DNA of 63,956 bases, filler included, from Vicugna vicugna (GCA_013265495.1; 78 parts of 75 records of this genome joined end to end with filler, not necessarily neighbours in it); one strand, 5' to 3'; positions 36,840 through 49,311 are shown, counted from the first letter of the whole stretch. The notes: generated by a model not told the origin, from the letters alone. Numbers and translations are program-made.

Positions 36840-37330
36840 CGCACCCCTCCCTGTGCGCCTCCCCAAAGCATGGCAGGCCTCACCAGTGGCTCCCCAACCT
36901 GCGCGCCCCCATCAGCGCCCCTTTACCTGCTGGGCGGCTGTGGAGACAACGGGCACGTGGCGACCCGGACCCCAGGCCGTGTTTCTCCTCGGGGAGCTGG
37001 TCCAGGAGAATCCAGCTCTCGCCCGGCTTCCACGCGCACTGGGCGGGTTGCGGCGTTCGCGAGTCTGTGCGTCCGCGCGTGCGCGCCCCTCCCCCTCCGC
37101 CTGGCAGCGCAGACCACCGGCCTTGGGCTCAAAGTGTAAGGGATGAAGATGGGCCGGGCCGTGGGGCGGGCGCAACCTCTTGCCCGCCCCGCCCCGTCTT
37201 CATCCCCATAGCCCTCACCCCACCACCGACCAATCACCACCAGCCTGTGCCAGGCCACACAGCCCAGCCCCACTCTCAGTCTTTGTCTACTGCCCTCTCA
37301 AGCTGCCCGCCAGGCCCAGTCTATGCAGGG
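36840..37330 (-). promoter_or_regulatory. CpG-island promoter and putative non-coding first exon (paralog 2)
   Basis: Colinear with ~17770-18065. CAG|GTAAA donor (exon ends at 36927), GGGGCGGG boxes at ~37163-37195, CCAAT at ~37230. Confidence 0.6.
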
Positions 37331-37977
37331 ACCCCCAAGACAGGCCTCCTCACACCAAAGTCCCCGCCCCAACACTCCACCCTTCTAGGTACATGGCCCC
37401 AACGCTCCAAGCTCACACAACATCCCAAGATGGTCCCCCTCACCTCTTAGATGGGTCAGTTCTACTACCGAGCGGCTCCTCACCCCTCAGCCTGTCCCCC
37501 TCACTGTGGCATCCCCTCTTACTGAGAGTGCACTCCTACCCTGAGCTCACCTCCTCACCCCACAGGTGGGGCGAGGAAGTAGGGCTCCGATCACCATGGC
37601 GATTGCCACCAGCAGGGATCTGNNNNNNNNNNNNNNNNNNNNNNNNNNNNNNNNNNNNNNNNNNNNNNNNNNNNNNNNNNNNNNNNNNNNNNNNNNNNNN
37701 NNNNNNNNNNNNNNNNNNNNNNNNNNNNNNNNNNNNNNNNNNNNNNNNNNNNNNNNNNNNNNNNNNNNNNNNNNNNNNNNNNNNNNNNNNNNNNNNNNNN
37801 NNNNNNCTGTTGGTGAACCCAGACGGCGGAGGCACTGGGCTTCCGGACCTGCCGGGTAGGGGCAAGGGTGCAGCTGANNNNNNNNNNNNNNNNNNNNNNN
37901 NNNNNNNNNNNNNNNNNNNNNTTAATTAATTAANNNNNNNNNNNNNNNNNNNNNNNNNNNNNNNNNNNNNNNNNNNN

Positions 37978-38831
37978 GCAGAGGAGGCAACCCCTGGAGG
38001 TCACATAAGGCAAAGAATAGTTTATGTTCCCACTAGCCAGAATGGCAAACCTCATACATCACAAAGCATCAGATAGAGTGCTCAGGAGGGAATCACCTCA
38101 GTACTGGGGGAAAATTAGCTCTAGACTAATGGATATTCTGGCCCCAACTAACAAAGCTTAAAAGCAAGCCTCAAAAGGATGAAACTGTTCCCAAGTAACT
38201 TAACTGTGTCCCAGAACAAAGTTCAAGAATATTTATAGAAATATAAAAACATCCAGCACCTAACACNNNNNNNNNNNNNNNNNNNNNNNNNNNNNNNNNA
38301 GCTCAAAATGACAGTGCAGCCATTATGGAAAACAGTATGGAGATTTCTTTAAAAAACTGAAAATAGACTTACCATATGATCCAGCAATTCCACTTCTGGG
38401 TATATATCTGGAGGGAACTTTAATTTGAAAAGATCCATGCACCCTGATGTTCATAGCACTATTTACAATAGCCAAGACGTGGAAGCAATCTAAATGCCCA
38501 TCAACAGATGACTGGATGAAGAAGATGTGGTATACATATATACACAATGGAATACTACTCAGCCATAAAAAGCATAAAATAGTGCCATTCGCAGCAACAT
38601 GGAGAAACCTGGAGATTGTCATACTAAGTGAAATAAGCCAGAAAGAAAGAAAAATACCATGTGGCATCACTTATATGGGGAATCTAAAAAAATGAGACAA
38701 ATGAAGGTGGGGTGGTAAATTGGGAGTTTGGGGATTTGCAGATACTACTATACGTAAAGTAGATAAGCAGCAAGGTCCTGCTGTATAGCACAGGTATATT
38801 CAATACCTTGTAATAGCCTCTAATGTAATGA
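37978..38831 (+). mobile_element. Old L1M fragment followed by a younger LINE-1 ORF2 C-terminus and 3' UTR
   Basis: ORF 38447-38695 (MFIALFTIAKTWKQSKCPSTDDWMKKMWY) is the L1 ORF2p C-terminus. Confidence 0.92.
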
Positions 38832-39482
38832 NNNNNNNNNNNNNNNNNNNNNNNNNNNNNNNNNNNNNNNNNNNNTTAATTAATTAANNNNNNNNNNNNN
38901 NNNNNNNNNNNNNNNNNNNNNNNNNNNNNNNAGAGACTTTTAAGAGCCGTATCAATCGATCACAATGTACAGATCTTTAGATCACTAATTCAAACAATTA
39001 AAAGGGAAAAAAATAAGACATCTGGGGAAATGTGAACAGAGACAGGTATATTAAGGAATTACTGGGGACAAATTGTCAGCCAGGCCAAGCGAGGAGGAGG
39101 GTCACAGGGCGGGTGGGGACAGCACTGGCAGAGGCGTGCCCTCATTGGAGCCGGGGTGGTTAGGGCTGCTCAGGTACTCACTCTGGTTTCTGAGAAGGGA
39201 AAATGCAGAATACTGACACACAGACCACTGTTGACCTCTTCTGGCCTCCTGCGGTGTAGCGACCAACTCAGGGAAGAAGTCTTGTTGAGGGCTTTCAAGG
39301 CTACTCAGCAACAGAGGACAAGGACCCCGGCAGCGCCGGGGAGACGGAGGCTTATCCATCCTCTCAGCTCTGCCTGGGGTAGNNNNNNNNNNNNNNNNNN
39401 NNNNNNNNNNNNNNNNNNNNNNNNNNTTAATTAATTAANNNNNNNNNNNNNNNNNNNNNNNNNNNNNNNNNNNNNNNNNNNN

Positions 39483-39760
39483 AATGGAGACCCGTAAGTA
39501 CATGGATGGTTTTAAAGCTCCGGGATTTAAATTTGATAATTCAGGGCAAATGTTGATGTAGAAACAGTAAAGGACCAAAGACTAATCCCTGGAATATTTC
39601 CAAACGTGGGAAGAGGAGGGGATCACAGCACAGCAGACTGAGAGAGTGAAACCAGCACGGTCAGAGGGAAGCCAAGAGGACAGTCCTTCAGAGCCAGGAT
39701 GAGAAGGGAGAAGTGGCCACTAGATCTGCAAAATGACAGACTGTTCATGACAAGAGCAGA
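39483..39760 (-). mobile_element. LINE-2 fragment
   Basis: Purine-rich GGACCAAAGACTAATCCCTGGAA..CAGCAGACTGAGAGAG..AGAGGGAAGCCAAGAG, typical of antisense L2. Confidence 0.55.
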
Positions 39761-40199
39761 GCTGGGGGGAGACGGTGACTGAAAGGACAGGAGGTGAGTG
39801 GTCGTGTGGGGGGTAGATGACTGGGCAGAGGAGCTGTCCCTCCACCAGGGAAAGGAAAGCGGGGGTGCAGCGCAGCNNNNNNNNNNNNNNNNNNNNNNNN
39901 NNNNNNNNNNNNNNNNNNNNNNNNNNNNNNNNNNNNNNNNNNNNNNNNNNNNNNNNNNNNNNNNNNNNNNNNNNNNNNNNNNNNNNNNNNNNNTATATAT
40001 ATATTCATTTTCATACTCTTTCGTTAAAGGTCATTATAAGATATTNNNNNNNNNNNNNNNNNNNNNNNNNNNNNNNNNNNNNNNNNNNNTTAATTAATTA
40101 ANNNNNNNNNNNNNNNNNNNNNNNNNNNNNNNNNNNNNNNNNNNNGAGAAGGCAGAGACTCTTTCTAGAGTTTGAGGATTTCTGGGGCTCCGTCCTTCA

Positions 40200-40420
40200 A
40201 GGCCCAGGTCAGGCATCCCTTTCTTAAGAACGCCCACAGCCTGGGTTATATGCTCCCGTAATATCTCCCTCTCATGGAAGTAATCTTGTCTACATATTTG
40301 GTATTTGTTTACTTATCTTTCCACCCAGTAGATTATGAGGTTCCTGAAGACAGAAACCATGTTTTGTTCATTTCTGAATCCCCAGTGTCTGTCAGTGCCT
40401 GGCTTTGTAAAGGTTTGTAG
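40200..40420 (+). mobile_element. LINE-2 3' end
   Basis: TAGATTATGAGGTTCCTGAAGACAGAAACCATGTTTTGTTCATTTCTGAATCCCCAGTGTCT..AGTGCCTGGC. Confidence 0.75.
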
Positions 40421-41691
40421 AGTCGAAAAAGTAATAAGCCTTTTGTCTCCTTCCTTAAGCCAAAGAGACTAAAACTGTGGGGCCACTGAGTCAGGTTAAA
40501 TATATTGACTAATCCCTTTTAACCACCAAGATACTGTGCTTTTAGAATATGCTGGGGGTGGGGAGAGTTGCCTAAATTAGGAAGTGAATGAGAGGTTCTA
40601 AAGCAAGAAAATTGGGCTGGATGAGAGTGGAAAAGGAGAGGAAAAAATTTCTCCTAAGCAGAATATTTGATTTAAACGGGTGAGATAAAGTGTGGCCAGG
40701 ATAAAATGAAATTTAGGCCAGGTGTGTACAATGATATAAGCACAAAATTTTAGGAAAAAAACAGGAATATTAATTCTTATTTTTAACAAAGAAAAATCAA
40801 TAATTGAAATCCAGAAGTAGTGATGACCAAAATTTGGGGTGCAAGAAAAAACTAGAAGCTCTCCCCAGCTTTTTTTTTNNNNNNNNNNNNNNNNNNNNNN
40901 NNNNNNNNNNNNNNNNNNNNNNTTAATTAATTAANNNNNNNNNNNNNNNNNNNNNNNNNNNNNNNNNNNNNNNNNNNNGTCCCCTGCTCCTGGTCCCCTT
41001 TTACTAGCCGAGCTCACACTTTGGGGCTCACTGTGTCAGGGGGTGTGTCTGGCTTGGGTCCGCCTACCTCACTGGGCCAGGATTAGCCCCCACACCCCAG
41101 ACACCCACACCTGCCCAGTGGCCACGTGGGTCCTGGCTTCATACCACTGCCCTTTGTGGTGTTGGAGATGGGGTTCTGCTGAGATCCCTGGGGACTCCAC
41201 CCACCATAGGGTAGACAGCTTACACTCCAGAGTCACCCGTGGGATCCGGCTCCAGGTCCCCCTCTTTGTGGTCCTGCCCCTCCCCCTCCAGCCACAGGTG
41301 CTGAAACCAGGCGGCCGCCCCACACACCTGGCCAATCAGCTGCTGCCTCTCGGAAGCTCAGACTTGAGAGCCTGGGCTCATTTGCTGTGATGAGTAAAAC
41401 CAATAGCTCATGACAATAGCTCATGCGAGATGTAGGGCTTAGACTTATTTTGGGTGTGGCCAGAACGAGCCCCACTGTTACAGCATAAAGGTGCAGTCAT
41501 GCCTGTATGGATACATATCGTGCTCATTATAGGCCACTGCAGGGTGCTGGGTACAGTTCCCTGTGCTGGACAATAGGACCTTGTTGTTCATNNNNNNNNN
41601 NNNNNNNNNNNNNNNNNNNNNNNNNNNNNNNNNNNTTAATTAATTAANNNNNNNNNNNNNNNNNNNNNNNNNNNNNNNNNNNNNNNNNNNN

Positions 41692-42831
41692 ATACACTAA
41701 GAATTATTTACTCTGACTTCATAGATTTTTCTATCATCAGGCTCTAAAATCGGACATTTGGCAGCAAAAAACACTCTTTGAGTGAATTCTCACCAATACA
41801 CATGTAATTTACATTGTTTACATAACCATGGCATTCCGTATTACGAACATGATTCATGCATCATGGATTCCTCAAACTTGAATTTCTGAGTTGTGAACAT
41901 GCGCCTGACTGAAGTTTGAAACAACAAACAAGTTACCTATGTACCTTATATATTTATTTTGACTTCGTAGTTTCTGCCTATCACCAGTATCAAGAATCAC
42001 ACTTTGATCCCAATAAAAATTCTTGGAGCGAATTCTACCCTAGAGATATGTAATTTGAATAGATTCCATCTACATGATATTCCGTGTTCCTTACATGCTA
42101 CATAAATGACGGATTTGACAAACATTCATTTTGAGTTGAGAGCATGTGAATTACTAATCTTTCATCCACTATAAATGGAATATTTTCATCTAGACACGTG
42201 AACACATTTTCACGAACTTTCCCTAACACCAAGTTCGAATTCATGCATTTTTCACAGAAAAATTGTTCTCGAGCGATTTCCACCTAACTGATGTGTAATT
42301 TACATGAATTCCAACAACATGGCATTCCGGGTTCCGTACATGCTACATGAATGACGGATTTGGCAATCATGCATTTCTGACTTGTGAGCATGTGGATTAC
42401 TTACCTTTCGTCCTCCGAACAAGGCGTATGTAGACTTACACATGTTTACTCTGACTTCATAGGTTTTTCGTATCACCAGGTTCTAAAATCGGACATTTGG
42501 CACCAGAAAACACTCTTTGAGCGAATTCTCACCAATACCCATGTAATTTACATTGTTTACATAACCNNNNNNNNNNNNNNNNNNNNNNNNNNNNNNNNNN
42601 NNNNNNNNNNNNNNNNNNNNNNNNNNNNNNNNNNNNNNNNNNNNNNNNNNNNNNNNNNNNNNNNNNNNNNNNNNNNNNNNNNNNNNNNNNNNNNNNNNNN
42701 NNNNNNNNNNNNNNNNNNNNNNNNNNNNNNNNNNNNNNNNNNNNNNNNNNNNNNNNNNCAAAAACCCTAGCGAATTCTAATGTAGAGATATGTTATTTGA
42801 ATAGATTACATCTGAATAATATTCCGTGTTC
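41692..42831 (-). repeat. Satellite family C
   Basis: CTCTGACTTCATAG at 41711 and 42449 (HOR period 738). Confidence 0.95.
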
Positions 42832-42931
42832 NNNNNNNNNNNNNNNNNNNNNNNNNNNNNNNNNNNNNNNNNNNNTTAATTAATTAANNNNNNNNNNNNN
42901 NNNNNNNNNNNNNNNNNNNNNNNNNNNNNNN

Positions 42932-43331
42932 AGTTTATCTGGGGCAAAATGAGGACAAGATTCCAGGTGACAGCATCTCAGAAAGATTGCAGGAACTGCT
43001 CTGAAGATGAGGGGGAGCTGAGAATTATATAAGATTTCAGTGAAGTGGGACGTTATGTCCAGTACACGTTTAGGTAGAGGCTGCTGCTAGTCAAGGAGCA
43101 GGTGTCTCTGTTAATGATTTTAGTGCTTTTCTAGATAGGAATAGATGCAAGAATTTGGGCTCATAAAATTTCCTGAAAATGTCTAACTATCTGAAGACTT
43201 TTCTGCCCATTTTCCCAGAGCACAGAGCGCCCCATTCCTGATGTTCAGAGGGTGTTGAAGGTCAGCAGCTGCAGTGGCTCATGACTTAAGCAAATCAGAG
43301 GCAGATGACAAGAGCCAATTTTTAGTTGACA
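42932..43331 (-). mobile_element. ERV1-class LTR, 5' part
   Basis: The minus strand begins TGTCAACTAAAAATTGGC. The body (TTTCCCAGAGCACAGAG, GGGTGTTGAAGGTCAGCAGCTGCAGTGGCTCATGACTTAA) resembles laurasiatherian ERV1 LTRs. Confidence 0.7.
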
Positions 43332-44640
43332 ATATGTATATATTGTAGGAAAAAATGTTACTTTCCAACCCTACCCGTACTCTAGTTTTAGTTAGAGATC
43401 AACGGATTACTGTGTTAGATGACTTAGCTCAGATGAGAGGGCGACGGATTCGTCTCGTGAGCCAGCCGGTGCTCTATGTCAGCCTCCTTGATCACATTCA
43501 ATTTCCTTTCTCTTCAAATAGCATGCTTCTGACTTTGTGAAGTTTGGAGCCTGTCCTGAGCACATGGGGTCTGGAGGTGGCCCTGTTCCTGTGGTCTTTG
43601 TTTATTCTGTGAATTATGGTGTGAATCTTTATGTGCCCAAGCTTCATCATAATTTCAAACTTAATAGATTTAAATATGGGAGATGGATGCCAAGTTCTAG
43701 GAATAGATTTCCAGGATAACAGCCAGGATTGGTAAAAAGTAGGGAGAATGGACACAGCCTTCAAATAAGAAATGCTATTTTACAATTTCTGGCAGATAAA
43801 TTAAAGTGCTTNNNNNNNNNNNNNNNNNNNNNNNNNNNNNNNNNNNNNNNNNNNNTTAATTAATTAANNNNNNNNNNNNNNNNNNNNNNNNNNNNNNNNN
43901 NNNNNNNNNNNAATTCTTGAGATTATTCATTGTTAATGTGTCCATGTAGACAAGTTTGGATTCATTGATACTTTGTATTGTCTACTTGCTGAATTATTTG
44001 AGTTGCTTACAGTTTAAAAATTGAACTAGTCAATGAATTGTGTGTGCTTTCAAGATGTATATGTAAACTGATGTCAACTGTGTCTGNNNNNNNNNNNNNN
44101 NNNNNNNNNNNNNNNNNNNNNNNNNNNNNNNNNNNNNNNNNNNNNNNNNNNNNNNNNNNNNNNNNNNNNNNNNNNNNNNNNNNNNNNNNNNNNNNNNNNN
44201 NNNNNNNNNNNNNNNAAATCTCTGGATTCCAGATGATTGATATTGACCGTGCGTTTTTTATACAGCTTTGTATCATACTGAATAATTTGTTCCAGGTCCT
44301 ATTTTCACTAGTGTTTATGCCGTGAAGTAGGAGTGGAATTAGTTTAAAGCTTGTGGTGAATTAAGTGGAGTGAATGATGTGATTTTTCTGTATTGTACAA
44401 TTGTTGTTCATCACATTGCTTACCTTTATGTAATAATTTATGACATTGCTTGGTTTACAGTGTTAAAACTGGATTATCTGCTTTGGAGACATTTGCAGGA
44501 GGTGGAAAATCATTTCTATTGTGCTGTTAATTTCAGGTAAGTAGTAATATACAGGGAAGTGGAGGATTCTAGTTCATAGGCTAGCTGATGTGTTTTTGTT
44601 ACATATCGTGGGATTTGACCATCAGGAGAGTGGTAGGTTG

Positions 44641-45001
44641 TTACAAGAAAATAGGATTAAGGATTAGGATAGGGTCAAATAGGGGTAGGGTATGGGAATG
44701 GGTTAGGGTCAGTGTGAGGGTATCAGTGAGAGTTAGGGAAAGGGTTAGGGTGTGGATTAGGGTAGGAAATAGGGTTAGAGTACAGGTTAGGATAGCAGGT
44801 AGGGAACAGGTTAAGTTTAGAGTATGGGTAAGGTATGGGTTAGGGTACAAGTTAGGTTATGCATTAGGGAACAGCATAGGTTTAGGGCTACGGCTAGAAC
44901 CAGAGCAACGAACAGGGTTAGACTCAGGTTTTAGGGTTAGAGGGTTAGGGTTAGATTCAGGGTTAGGGTTAGGGGTTAGGGTTAGACTCAGGGTTAGACT
45001 C
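44641..45001 (+). repeat. Degenerate telomeric (TTAGGG)n-derived tract
   Basis: Hexamer periodicity with TTAGGG variants, purest at 44930-45001 (AGGGTTAGGGTTAGGGGTTAGGGTTAGACTC). Confidence 0.88.
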
Positions 45002-45101
45002 NNNNNNNNNNNNNNNNNNNNNNNNNNNNNNNNNNNNNNNNNNNNTTAATTAATTAANNNNNNNNNNNNNNNNNNNNNNNNNNNNNNNNNNNNNNNNNNN
45101 N

Positions 45102-46013
45102 TTTTCAGGGGTCACAGTAATTCCCACGTTGTGGGTTGTAGTTTAATCATCTAAACTACCCATGGAGAGGCACACGCTAATACTTAATTTTAGATCCCAA
45201 ATCACACTTTCAACTACACACTGGCCTAAGCAAACCATCAGGGAATTCAAGCAAATGGATTCTATTAAAACCAGGACGCTGATGTCAGTGGGAGGAACTA
45301 CCCCACCCTCAGGATACTGGAACTCAACCTTGTGTGGTGGGGAGATTTGAAGCCCCACTCCCGGCAGATGAATGTGTGCTCAGGTGTTTCCCTTTATGGA
45401 GAATTCATCTAAATACTTCCTCAGTCCATCGGGGACACTCGCTACTATTTGGCCTCAAAGCCCAACCCCCAGTTTTCTCTCAGATTCAGTCCTAGGGAAA
45501 CACTCAGGGATTTCAAGCTAAGGGATTCTATTAGAACCCAGCAGCTTCTGTCACCTGAAATTGCCAGCCCACACTCAGGATAGCAGAAAACTTCTTCACG
45601 TGTGTTCTGGTGGTGGTGATACAGAGTCCACGCTTTTTTTAAGGAGCACAGGTATTCCCATGTTGTGGGGTTTTGGTTAATAACCTCCAAATCCCATGGA
45701 GAAGCACTCGCTAATACTTGGATTTAGAGCCCAACCCANNNNNNNNNNNNNNNNNNNNNNNNNNNNNNNNNNNNNNNNNNNNNNNNNNNNNNNNNNNNNN
45801 NNNNNNNNNNNNNNNNNNNNNNNNNNNNNNNNNNNNNNNNNNNNNNNNNNNNNNNNNNNNNNNNNNNNNNNCTGGTGGTGTCAGCCTCCACGGATCTTTA
45901 TGGTGGCACAGGTGTTCACAGGTTAGCGATGTAGTTTAAACACCTCCACAAACCAAAGAGGGTTCATTGCAAATACTTGGTTTCGGAGCCCAAACCACAC
46001 TGTACCCCGCACT
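45102..46013 (+). repeat. Satellite family B
   Basis: CTAAGGGATTCTATTAGAACCCAG and CACAGGTGTT anchors; matches the reverse complement of 10256-10748. Confidence 0.92.
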
Positions 46014-46113
46014 NNNNNNNNNNNNNNNNNNNNNNNNNNNNNNNNNNNNNNNNNNNNTTAATTAATTAANNNNNNNNNNNNNNNNNNNNNNNNNNNNNNN
46101 NNNNNNNNNNNNN

Positions 46114-46837
46114 AAAGTTCTGTAATCCACATGCTCACAAGTCAGAAACTAATGATTGTCGAATCCGTCATGCCTGTATCATGTACGAAACCTGGAATGG
46201 CATGTTGATGGAATTCATGTAAATTACATATCTATTAGGTGGAAATCGCTTCATAAGTATTTTTCAATGAAAAATGCACAAATTGGAAACTGGTGTTAAG
46301 GGAACCTTATGAAAATGAGTACACGTGTCGAAATGAAACTCTTCCTTTTATAGAGGATGAAAGATCAGTAATCCACATGCTCTCAACTCAGGAATGCATG
46401 TTTCTCAAATCCGTCATGCATGTAGCTTGTACGGAACACGGAATATCATGTAGATAGGATCTATTCAAATTACATATCTCTAGTGTAGAATTCGCGCCAA
46501 GAGGGTTTTTCTGTGGTCAAATTTTGATTCTTGAATCTGGTGACAGGGAGAAGCAATGAAGTCTAAGTAAATATTTCAAAGTGAATAAGTACCCTATTAT
46601 GGTAGAAAGAGCAGTCATGCGCATTTTCACAACTCAGAAATTCATGTTCAAGGAATCCTTGTTGCATGAAACATGTTCAGAATTCGGAATTCCATGGAGA
46701 ATTCCATGGTAATGTAAACAAAGTAAATTACATTTGTATTGGTGGGAATATGATTAAAGAGTGTTTGCTGGTGCCAAATGTAAGATTTTAGTACCTGGTG
46801 ATCGAAATAAACTTTGAAGACATAGTAATTATTTCTA
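46114..46837 (+). repeat. Satellite family C, about one HOR unit
   Basis: Colinear with ~14480-15144. Confidence 0.94.
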
Positions 46838-46937
46838 NNNNNNNNNNNNNNNNNNNNNNNNNNNNNNNNNNNNNNNNNNNNTTAATTAATTAANNNNNNN
46901 NNNNNNNNNNNNNNNNNNNNNNNNNNNNNNNNNNNNN

Positions 46938-47724
46938 TCCCTGACCTTGGGGAGTCAGCCTCTGACACTGGGATATCCTACATTCTCCCCTAGCATTCTC
47001 TGGCACAAAGATATTAGGAAAAGCCTCAGGGGAGATGAGCTTTGGCATTCCGTTAGAACCCACGCGCTGCCGACCGTTGGTGGAACCTCCCCACGCTCAG
47101 GATTCCGGAACTATTGTCAGTGCGTGGGGGAGCTCGAGAGACAACTCCACGAAGCTCTCTTCAGTCACAGGTGTTCCCTGTTCGGGGAGGTCCGAGAAAT
47201 ACCTTCCCTGACCTTGGGGAGTCAGCCTCTGACACTGGGATATCCTGCAATCACCCCTAGCATTCCCTGGCACAGAGACATTAGTAAAACCCTCAGGGGA
47301 AACGAGCATAAGCATTCCGTTAGAACCCACGCGCTGCCGACCGTTGGTGGAACCTCCCCACGCTCAGGATTCCGGAACCATTGTCAGTGCGTGGGGGAGC
47401 TCGAGAGACAACTCCACGAAGCTCTCTTCAGNNNNNNNNNNNNNNNNNNNNNNNNNNNNNNNNNNNNNNNNNNNNNNNNNNNNNNNNNNNNNNNNNNNNN
47501 NNNNNNNNNNNNNNNNNNNNNNNNNNNNNNNNNNNNNNNNNNNNNNNNNNNNNNNNNNNNNNNNNNNNNNNNNNNNNNNNNNNNNNNNNNNNNNNNNNNN
47601 NNNNNNNNNNNNNNNNNNNNNNNNNNNNNNNGGAAACATTGGCGTGGGGGAGCTCGAGAGAAAACTATACGCAGTTCTCTTCAGTCACAGGTGTTACCTG
47701 TTCGGGGAAGCACGAGAAATACCA
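46938..47724 (+). repeat. Satellite family A
   Basis: CTGACCTTGGGGAGTCAGCC at 46941 and 47208 (period 267). Confidence 0.96.
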
Positions 47725-47824
47725 NNNNNNNNNNNNNNNNNNNNNNNNNNNNNNNNNNNNNNNNNNNNTTAATTAATTAANNNNNNNNNNNNNNNNNNNN
47801 NNNNNNNNNNNNNNNNNNNNNNNN

Positions 47825-48640
47825 AACCCTCTTGGAGCGAATTCTACCCTAGATATATGTAATTTGAATTGATTTCATCTGCATGATATTCCGTGTTCCT
47901 TACATGCTACATATATGGCGAATTTGACAAACATGCATTCCTGAGTTGAGAGCATGTGGATTACTAATCTTTCATCCTCTATAAAAGGAATATTTTCATC
48001 TAGACACGTGTACACATTTTCACAATCTTTCCCTATCACCAGGTACGAATCCGTGCATTTTTCACAAAAAAATAGTTCTGGAGCGATTTCCACCTAACAG
48101 ATATGTAATTTACATGTATTCCAACAACATGGCATTNNNNNNNNNNNNNNNNNNNNNNNNNNNNNNNNNNNNNNNNNNNNNNNNNNNNNNNNNNNNNNNN
48201 NNNNNNNNNNNNNNNNNNNNNNNNNNNNNNNNNNNNNNNNNNNNNNNNNNNNNNNNNNNNNNNNNNNNNNNNNNNNNNNNNNNNNNNNNNNNNNNNNNNN
48301 NNNNNNNNNNNNNNNNNNNNNNNNNNNNNNNNNNNNNNNNNNNNNNNNNNNNNNNNNNNNNNNACATGTAATTTACATTGTTTACATAACCATGGAATTC
48401 CGTATTACGAGCATGTTTCATGCATCACGGATTCCTCAAACATGCATTTCTGAGTTGTGAACATGCGTATGACTGATGTTTCAACCATCAAACAAGTTAC
48501 CTATGCACTCTGAAATATTTACTTATACTTTGTAGCTTCTTCCTATCACCAGATTCAAGAATCACACTTTGATCTCACAAAAACACTCTTGGACTGAATT
48601 CTTCCCTAGAGATATGTAAATAGAATAGATTCCATCTACA
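47825..48640 (-). repeat. Satellite family C
   Basis: Colinear with ~42020-42330 and ~41800-42075. Confidence 0.94.
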
Positions 48641-48740
48641 NNNNNNNNNNNNNNNNNNNNNNNNNNNNNNNNNNNNNNNNNNNNTTAATTAATTAANNNN
48701 NNNNNNNNNNNNNNNNNNNNNNNNNNNNNNNNNNNNNNNN

Positions 48741-49211
48741 AAACCGGAGGAAATTAAAACCGGCACTAGGAAACAGACTGAGAAATCTAAGTAAGTGTTT
48801 CTCCTGCAAACCGTTCCCTTTTTGCTGGATGAACGAACGTCTCACCACATGCTCAGTTCTGAGAGATAAGTGTGTGTGAAACCCGACCTTCACTTAACTT
48901 GAAGGGAACACAAACTTTCTTTTAAGTTGCAAACTCCACACCATACATATATATGGGGAGGTACAAGCTCCAACTCGGTTTTACAGTGCAAACATCAGGA
49001 ACTTAAAACCGGCACTAGGAAACAGACTGAGAAACCAGAGTAAGTGTTTCCCTGCAAACTGTTCCCTTTGTGCTAGATGAACGAACGTCTCTAGGATGAA
49101 CGATCTCCACATGCTCAGTTCTGAGAGATAAGTGTGTGTGAAAGCCGTCCTTCACCTGCCTGAATTGAACACAAAGTTTCTTTTCAGTTGCAAACTCCAC
49201 AAAATACATAT
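48741..49211 (+). repeat. Satellite family D
   Basis: CACTAGGAAACAGACTGAG at 48764 and 49013 (period 249). Confidence 0.95.
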
Positions 49212-49311
49212 NNNNNNNNNNNNNNNNNNNNNNNNNNNNNNNNNNNNNNNNNNNNTTAATTAATTAANNNNNNNNNNNNNNNNNNNNNNNNNNNNNNNNN
49301 NNNNNNNNNNN

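Noticed and set aside
44588..45049. RV/GL-repeat ORF
   Set aside because: It is the translation of degenerate TTAGGG repeats, with no coding evidence.
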